Source of the DNA: Salpingoeca rosetta
Lineage: Eukaryota; Protista; Choanoflagellata
Direction of reading: 5' to 3'
Assembly: GCA_033442325.1 (NCBI GenBank)
Contig: JAWQFM010000011.1
Span: 953,975-1,017,974, forward strand
DNA: 64,000 nucleotides
Part shown: positions 63,863 through 64,000 of the stretch, piece by piece
Numbering within the stretch: the first letter of the stretch is position 1
Layout: the number at the start of each line of letters is the position of its first letter
Position numbers and translations under genes: made by a program
Notes under the pieces: model-generated
Seen by the model: only the letters and a program-made list of their open reading frames with translations
Databases searched by the model: none
What the model was told of the DNA's origin: nothing

Positions 63863-64000
63863 GCGCGCAACTCATATACCCGTTGAGCACATACCACTTT
63901 ACGCAGGCCGATGTGACGCGTGGCAGAGGCAAGAGTGGCCTGGTTCTGTGAGGACGCATGTAAATTTGGGGTGTGATGACGGCGGCGTTGAACGAGAGGA
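59016..64000 (-). CDS. GH2 exo-1,4-beta-D-glucosaminidase-like glycosidase (5' end outside window)
   Basis: Exons encode RLFYVNDRKFMVYGGGYSPHLFLR, VKQMGLNTIRLEGK...FFEMTDEMGIMVLPGW, CCDAWQ, RLRAHASVLGFLYGSDEAP, GVKMNGPYAWVPPLYWY, AFGFSTEISPG, QLMTYEAERAMFDAY, GVVHWMLNNPFPSLIWHL and FNDNYITLHPG, the CsxA-type GH2 motif series. Confidence 0.9.

Overview
Eukaryotic, GC-rich, intron-dense genomic DNA with GT-AG introns packed with (CA/TG)n, (GA)n and (CAA/CAG)n microsatellites. The style and gene content suggest a choanoflagellate such as Salpingoeca rosetta (inference). Most ORFs in the supplied track are microsatellite noise, so gene models were rebuilt by hand from splice sites. From left to right: a Ty1/copia RT fragment and a frameshifted Fanzor/TnpB-like fragment separated by a ~110-bp direct repeat; an ankyrin-like gene; a small 4-TM protein; an intron-containing IS630/Tc1-mariner-like transposase whose catalytic C-half is replaced by polyQ; intronless NELF-A and TMC genes; a tRNA-like Pol III element; a conserved hypothetical membrane protein; hydroxypyruvate isomerase, with a foreign-looking 550-bp block in intron 3; ATAD1/Msp1; a 27-exon long-tailed myosin I whose invariant HYAG exon is replaced by unrelated sequence; an ankyrin-PTP-UIM-PTB tyrosine phosphatase; an ~11-kb orphan/duplication island; and the 3' part of a GH2 exo-beta-D-glucosaminidase. 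Family assignments come from motif recognition by eye; no searches were run.
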